From Octopus vulgaris (Eukaryota), in assembly GCA_951406725.2 (NCBI GenBank), contig OX597814.1, positions 189,534,001-189,598,000 on the forward strand: DNA of 64,000 nt, given 5' to 3'. A program made the translations under genes and the position numbers. How positions within the stretch are numbered: the stretch's first letter is position 1; each line of letters starts with the position of its first letter. The notes under the pieces are model-generated. The model did no database searches, was not told the DNA's origin, and saw nothing but the letters and a program-made list of their open reading frames with translations. Positions 57,461 to 64,000 of this stretch are shown here, one piece after another.

Positions 57461-57590
57461 GTGAACAGGTCGTGAACAGGTCGCAGTCTCAAAGCGAACA
57501 GTGAACAAGTCGCGGTCCTCAAAGCGAAGAGTGAACAGGTCGCGGTCCTCAAAACAAACAGTGAACAGGTCGCGGTCTCAAAGCGACGAA
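57461..57590. repeat. ~30-bp tandem repeat (4 copies plus a partial copy)
   Basis: Unit gtgaacaggtcgcggt(c)ctcaaagcgaaca starting at 57472, 57501, 57531 and 57561. Confidence 0.9.
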
Positions 57591-58568
57591 AATATTTTGG
57601 CATATTATATTTAAATGTTGAAGTGTATCTAACGGTTTTTGTGTGTTTCTTAAATGGCTTATAAACACCTTCTATGCTGCAATTGTTTTCGTTCCAGCAC
57701 ACGATCTGAGATCAGGTCACTTGCTATGCAAGTACATCTCCGTTATATATTACAATTGTTATATGAATCAAACTCGCTAGCTATTAAGTTTGAAGTTTCA
57801 TGAAGCTGAGAAGCTTCGTTGGTGTTTCGATATTTTCTTATTCTTTTTTATAATATACGCTATCGGGATATATGCTGCGTTCTGTTTAACAAGTATTCTT
57901 TTGTTTTTCTTATTTATAATGTATCCATTCATTCTATAACTCGGGTGCGTTAGGTTCATGCAGTATCACGTGTGTTTTATGTATTTTTATTATGTATTGT
58001 GAATGTTGCATCCGTTGTATGCCATTTGATCTAGTATCGTTCTGTAACATATTCTTTTAACTCGTTCGACTATCAGGTATTAATGATTTACGTCTTAAGA
58101 TTTCATTATTTGAAGTGTTTTTAGTTGATAAAAATTTAAATGTTCGGTTTCAGCTACAATAAGTCTTCAAAAAGTTTGTATCTAAAAGTTTGTATATTGG
58201 TTATAGCACTTGTTATCAGCAAAAAGTAGTCCACTGTATCTACCCTAAGAATCTGCAAGTAACCATACTATCCTAACAATAACACTTATTGTCTGAATTG
58301 TCTTTTCTTTTAATCATTAGACGGTTATTTTACGATACTCATTCCCTAACAATAACCACGGTCTACAGCTCAGCTATATTTTCCATTGTCTTCGATCTCT
58401 CAACTAATAGCTGTCATTGTTAGCCATACACTCTCCTACGCTCCTACATTGATCACACTACTATGCATTCGTCCTTCATTTCCACACGTGTCTTGCCTGA
58501 AATCAACCTCAACTATCCGTTTTAGTTATCAACGAAAATATCAAAAAAATTGTGCACAATAAATAACC

Positions 58569-58777
58569 TATTTCTTTACTACCCACAAGGGGCTAAACAC
58601 AGAAGGGACAAACGGATTAAGTCGATTATATCGACTCCAGTGCGTAACTGGTACTTATTTAATCGAAACCGAAAAGATGAAAAGCAAAGTCGACCTCGGT
58701 GGAATTTGAACTCAGAACGTAGCGACAGACAAAATACTGCTGAGCATTTCGCCCGGCGTGCTAACGATTCTGCCAGC
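58569..58777 (-). mobile_element. SINE B with 9-bp TSD
   Basis: TSD taaataacc on both sides. Confidence 0.88.
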
Positions 58778-59314
58778 TAAATAACCAACTCCGAAATGTA
58801 GACATTTCTTGTCTCAAGAAAATAATATTCATTACTACACGCTCACTACTTCAACTATAATAAAACTGTAATATACTCGACAAAGTTACATACAATAAAG
58901 ACTAAGGGCAGATAACTTCTTTTATGGGCTAGAAAATATCTCATTTCAATTATAATCCATCAGAAGGTGGAATTTCATCCGACCCTAGGGAACTACTTAC
59001 ATATAAGATATATAGTACTCATCACATTAGGCATGAGAGTTCCATTGCCATTCTACGAGCATGAGTCTGTTGATGAGACCTATCATTTATCTCTGCCACT
59101 ACTTCCCAGAGATTCCTTCACTCAAGGCATTAACGTTTCTTCTTGTTTTTCTTTCATGGCTAGAAATAGGGTAGATATGGTTCATTTACCTGATATTCAT
59201 ATTTAAGCCTTCCTTCAGAAACGTACAGCTAAAATTTTAAAGCAAACGTTGCATTTAGTGATAATAGCCAATCAAAATGCCAAGAAAAATTACAAGGGCC
59301 ACAGGAAACATGCT

Positions 59315-59704
59315 TTTAATTTAATTTAATTTAATTTTTTTGGCTCAAAAAGCAAAAGCAAGGCCATGTAGGGGGACATGGAGTTATGTACAGGGAGGGT
59401 GTTTATACAAAGAGTTCAGGCCGTTTCTGGTCAAGAGAGAGACTTTGAACCGAGTGGTCGTCAGCATCTTCACTATCTCGTCCGGCAGCTTATTCCACGG
59501 ATTCGCAACCCGGACGGAGAAAGCCCCTCTCCTTCGATTGAGATGAAATCGTCGTAGATAGAGCTTTTCGGAGTGATCCCGCAGCCCACGCTCTGGAGCA
59601 GGAGTGAAGAACAGCTCTTTCGAGAGGTTACACTTTCCGCTTATGATGTTGTGAGCGAGAATGAGATCACCACGGCGTTGTCGTTTTTCTAGAGAATAAA
59701 GGTC
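59315..59704 (-). mobile_element. CR1-clade LINE 3' end (ORF2 C-terminus, UTR, (ATTAA)n tail)
   Basis: DLYSLEKRQRRGDLILAHNII..LRDHSEKL..RRRGAFSVRVANPWNKLPDEIV. Confidence 0.88.
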
Positions 59705-59927
59705 TCTTTTATTCCTTTACTGCTTTTATTGCTTATAGTCAATGGGCTAACAATGTTATCTTACTCTCAGTTAAAACATTCGAACCTCGGCCACAAAGCA
59801 ATTGACGGGGATCCCTGTAAATGAATTCAAACAAGAAATTTTTGCAGTAACAATTATTTCTGTTGCGACGCCACTAAAATAGATCTGTTCGAAAACGAAA
59901 ATTCCTCTATGGGTAAACATTTCAATA

Positions 59928-60325
59928 TATACTCTTTTACTCTTTTACTTGTTTCAGTCAGTTGACTGCGGCCATGCTGGAGCACCGCCTTTAGTCGAGC
60001 AACTCGACCCCGGGACTTATTCTTTGTAAGCTCAGTACTTATTCTATCGGTCTCTTTTGCCGAACCGCTAAGTAACGGGGACATAAACACACCAGCATCG
60101 GTTGTCAAGCAATGCTAGGGGGACAAACACAGACACACACATACACATACATACATATATATATATACATATATACGACGGGCTTCTTTCAGTTTCCGTC
60201 TACCAAATCCACTCGGCCCGAGGCTATAGTAGAAGACACTTGCCCAAGGTGCCACGCAGTGGGACTGAATCCGGAACCATGTGGTTGGTAAACAAGCTAC
60301 TTACCACACAGCCACTCCTGCGCCT
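59928..60325 (-). mobile_element. SINE A
   Basis: Family consensus match. Confidence 0.9.
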
Positions 60326-62281
60326 ATGTGTCTAAAATGTAAGATCAACATAAACGATAGTAGCAAATAAAGCAGCTAAGACCAAGAAAGAGAACGTAAT
60401 AACTATAGCTAAGAGTAGCAGCACCAACATCACCGACAGCAATATGATCAGCAGCAGCAGGGATTGCCGCAGCAGCAATGATAGCAGCCATAGTACTTGT
60501 ATCATCAGCGATAAACAAGCGATAACAGAAAATATATTAAATATATATTTTTTTTTTCTGCTGACGATTATTAGACCTTATCGTCATTTACATATGAATA
60601 GTGTTGGAAATCGTAAAGATTAGGGTGTAAAGAGGTGGCAGTTGGCGAGGGGTGAAGGGTTTAAAACCCAGGAAACGCAAGGGACGCAACAGAGCAGCGA
60701 TAGCGTGATGTAACGGTGAATAGACTAAGGTTCACCTGCTGATAACTTTTCTTGCCCGTCAAGTATCTGATGAGAGTTTGATATTTAGAAAATTAGTCTC
60801 GTTCTCCGTATGACAGTATCAGTAGCAAAGAGAGAAACCCAATTGATAGCAATGGCATTGTCATTGAAGTTATAATACTTATCTGTCTACTTAAGAGGAA
60901 ACTTTTCAAACAGCAATCGTGTAAAAAGGAGCTGTTTCATGAATGTTTGTAAGCGACGCTGTGACCATATTATGGTAAATAAAAGAGACTGTCTATCTGC
61001 TTTCAGAACGGATGTAGCAATTTCTCATATCGTTAAAAGATAAGATTTGATTTCTCTAATCTATTTACTATCTGTTAATGAAGTAAAAATAAAAATATTC
61101 TTGAGATAGACATTTCAGCCTCCATACTTCGCATCTATGATTTGAAGTGAGCGACATTTCGTGATTCTCTATATTTATAAGATGTAAAACGACATCCGTA
61201 GATCTTAAATGGAATGAGTAGTTTGAATTTAATTAATGATGGTAATATTTCAGTGTGGAATTTAAAAAAAAAAAAATGGAAATTACATAAAATAGTGAAT
61301 GCGATTTGTTAAACGTAATTCAATAGGAATGCATTTATGGAAAGAACAACATCAAAATATCTATAGTAATGTGTTTAGATGGAGACAAAATACGTAACGG
61401 AAGATGGAAAAAAATATGTATACACGTAAATTTCAAAGCAGCTTGAATTCAAGGAGCATACTCAAAGACTCAGGAAGCGTTAAAGTAAATGTTAAAATGA
61501 CAGCTAAATCTTCTGTTAAAGGTGTAACGAAAGTTAAACTTTATAAATAGAAAATGACTTGCCAATGAAATTGCTACTTTTCTGTACTGACACGTAAACC
61601 TAGCTAGAATTGTACAATCACAAATCTTAATAAATGCAATGAAACTGCAATAAAGTGAATAGAAAGGGAAGGCATGTAATACATGCAGTTATTTATCTAA
61701 TGTCTGCGGAATAAATTTTTGATGGTGTGGCTATCAGAAATATAGATTCTATTTGATCAAAAGACCAACTATCTACGCTTAACAGTTATTAAATTTGTCC
61801 TCAGACTGAACGTTAATTCCAACACTTTCTTTCTTAATCCTAGAAATCTTAATTCTCAAATACTAGTTCACCGACTGGTTCCAATAATTAATTCACTGGT
61901 TTTGTTCCTCTGACCGTAATATTCAGATAAATTCTTCATTTTTGCCTCATTACAAAGAAAACTATTCATACAAATATAAGATCAATAAATCTCAAACACT
62001 CGGTTAAGAATGGACGTTACCAAAAACAAATGTAATTAATTAATCTTCGCAGAGGTCGGAGTACTCCTAGTGAGAAATGGCTTTGTTGATTGAGTATCAT
62101 ATACACCAACTTGGGGTTGTATTACAACAAGCGTCGTAATTGAAACTGGGTAGACGAAAACTAAATGAAGAAGCTCGTAAAGTTAATCTGAAACCTTCTT
62201 CGACACTAGCACCTTGGATGCTTTCACTGAGGTCTGCTCTGTTGCAAGCACTTATATCTGGTATTCCGTTTCAGGAGAACT

Positions 62282-62710
62282 CTCTTTTACTCTTTTACTT
62301 GTTTCAGTCATTTGACTGTGGCCATGCTGGAGCACCGCCTTTAGTCGAGCAAATCGACCTCAGGACTTATTTTTTGTAAGCCTTAGTACTTATTCTATCG
62401 GTCTCTTTTTACCGAACCGCTAAGTTACGGGGACGTAAACACACCAGCATCAGTTGTCAAGCGATGTTGGAGGGGGGACAAACACAGACACACAAACATA
62501 CACACACACACATGCATACATATACATATATATATATGAATATATACGACGGGCTTCTTTCAGTTTCCATCTACCAAATCCACTCACAAGGCTTTGGTCG
62601 GCCCGAGGCTATAGTAGAAGACACTTGCCCAAGGTGACACGCAGTGGGACTAAACCCGGAACCATGTGATTCGTAAGCAAGCTACTTACCACACAGCCAC
62701 TCCTACACCT
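62282..62710 (-). mobile_element. SINE A
   Basis: Family consensus match. Confidence 0.9.
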
Positions 62711-62911
62711 AGCTACTTTTTATGAACTTCTTCATACTACAGACACTGGACGTGGTTTCTAAGCGTTTTTCATCACCAGTCTCGGAGGTTCTGCAAAGAG
62801 GTCAACGATACTGTGTTTCTTTCTCTCGCTACACCTAAAAAAATAGCTTCTAAGCCTAAACAAAACGGTTCCCTTCACTGTTATTCCTGCCACTCTACTA
62901 ACTTGTTTAAA

Positions 62912-63055
62912 AATCCGCTGAGGTCGACTTTGCCTTTCATCTTTTCGGGGGGGGGGGGGGTCGAGAAATTAAGTACCAGTTGCGTACTGGGGTCGATCTA
63001 ATCGACTGCCTCCACCACCACAAAAGTTTTGGGCCACGTGCCCTGAATAGAAAAG
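62912..63055 (+). mobile_element. SINE B variant fragment
   Basis: gaggtcgactttgcctttcatc..aaattaagtaccagttgcgtactggggtcgat. Confidence 0.8.
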
Positions 63056-63544
63056 ACTATCTATTCCATTAGTGTTAACAATGCACGCGATGTTATCACC
63101 AATTGATAAATAATGATCCAACAATGGTCTATCCCCTCAAATATTCACTGAATTAACTAATTGCAAACGACAACCTATAAGAACATTTCGCATCACATCC
63201 GCTCCAGTTATGGTTAATACATGTGACAGTTTAAATCAGACTGTCATCTACTCCCTCGTGCACTTCATTGACAAATCAGTTTGGTCAATCATAATTAAAT
63301 CACTCCTCGTTATATACTTCTTGGTGTTGTTTCGATACGTTTATTTATGTGTATTGAGCGTACATTAATTGAGTCTTTCAACTCCAATTTTCTCCCAAAT
63401 TCTTTTTCCTCAGACGTATTTATCCTTCTACACCAGTGCGAATCTTGCAACTACAAAACGTTTAACATTTTTCGTTAGGTACCGGGATTTGAGGGTATAG
63501 GGACAGCTTGGTGTAAAGGGGCAAAAGCGAAAATTAAAATAATA

Positions 63545-63947
63545 ATGTCAGCATATTAAGAGCTTTAGTCTAGTCTACTAACTGATCTGATGCCCATAGA
63601 TGATAGAGAATTGGTAAAACTCTTTAGGGGTGAAATTTGAAACGGTTTCAAAAATCCTTGTCGTTGGCCTAAGCGAGGCAAAATATTTATTGCCGGCTAG
63701 GCGAATTTGGTATGTCTGAATAGTTTGTCTCTGCTGTGGCTTGCACTTATGATCACAGCAACATAAATTTTGATCTGAAATGCTCACAGATGAATCTGCA
63801 TCGAAAATTTATTTGAAAAGCTTTACCCCAATTGCAAAGATTTTTTTTAAAATTCTTTCAAATTTCACCCCAAAAGAATTTATCAATTCTTTGTCATCCA
63901 GAGGTATTAGATCAGTCAGTAGGCCAGAGCTCTTACTATGCTTACAT
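63545..63947. mobile_element. MITE-like element with ~110-bp imperfect TIRs
   Basis: Left agcatattaagagc..ctactaactgatct..ggggtgaaatttgaaa mirrors right tttcaaatttcacccc..agatcagtcagtagg..gctcttactatgct. Confidence 0.7.
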
Positions 63948-64000
63948 CAGCATTTCAATTTTGTTTTTTGTTTGGGTTTTTTTTTTGTCCCTATTCACCA

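Noticed and set aside
57461-57590. CRISPR-like 30-bp repeats
   Set aside because: The units are contiguous with no unique spacers, the context is eukaryotic, and there are no cas genes.
60767-60800. CTGATGA...GAAA hammerhead candidate
   Set aside because: No convincing stem II or stem I pairing.

Overview
Eukaryotic, AT-rich, repeat-saturated non-coding DNA. The microsatellite load and SINE repertoire suggest a coleoid cephalopod (Octopus-like) genome; this is an inference. No intact protein-coding gene is visible, and nearly all supplied ORFs are translations of microsatellites or SINEs. Recognisable content: (1) at least four tRNA-head SINE types (here A-D) with a strong minus-strand bias; (2) two decayed mariner (D,D34D) transposons; (3) a Helitron remnant; (4) two R4/Dong-like RLE non-LTR fragments in (CATA)n; (5) a CR1 3' end; (6) a Penelope-like element (GIY-YIG C-terminus, long AC-rich spacer, tandem terminal units); (7) MITE-like foldbacks; (8) a 1.5-kb polypurine tract. 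Main leads are about a dozen minimal type-I hammerhead ribozyme motifs from several unrelated families, including one family with a fixed A6U core variant, three identical-length 557-bp non-coding elements inserted in (AAT)n, head/tail module swapping among SINEs, and a microhomology-joined templated inverted insertion at a (TA)n fold-back. All coordinates and alignments were read by eye.
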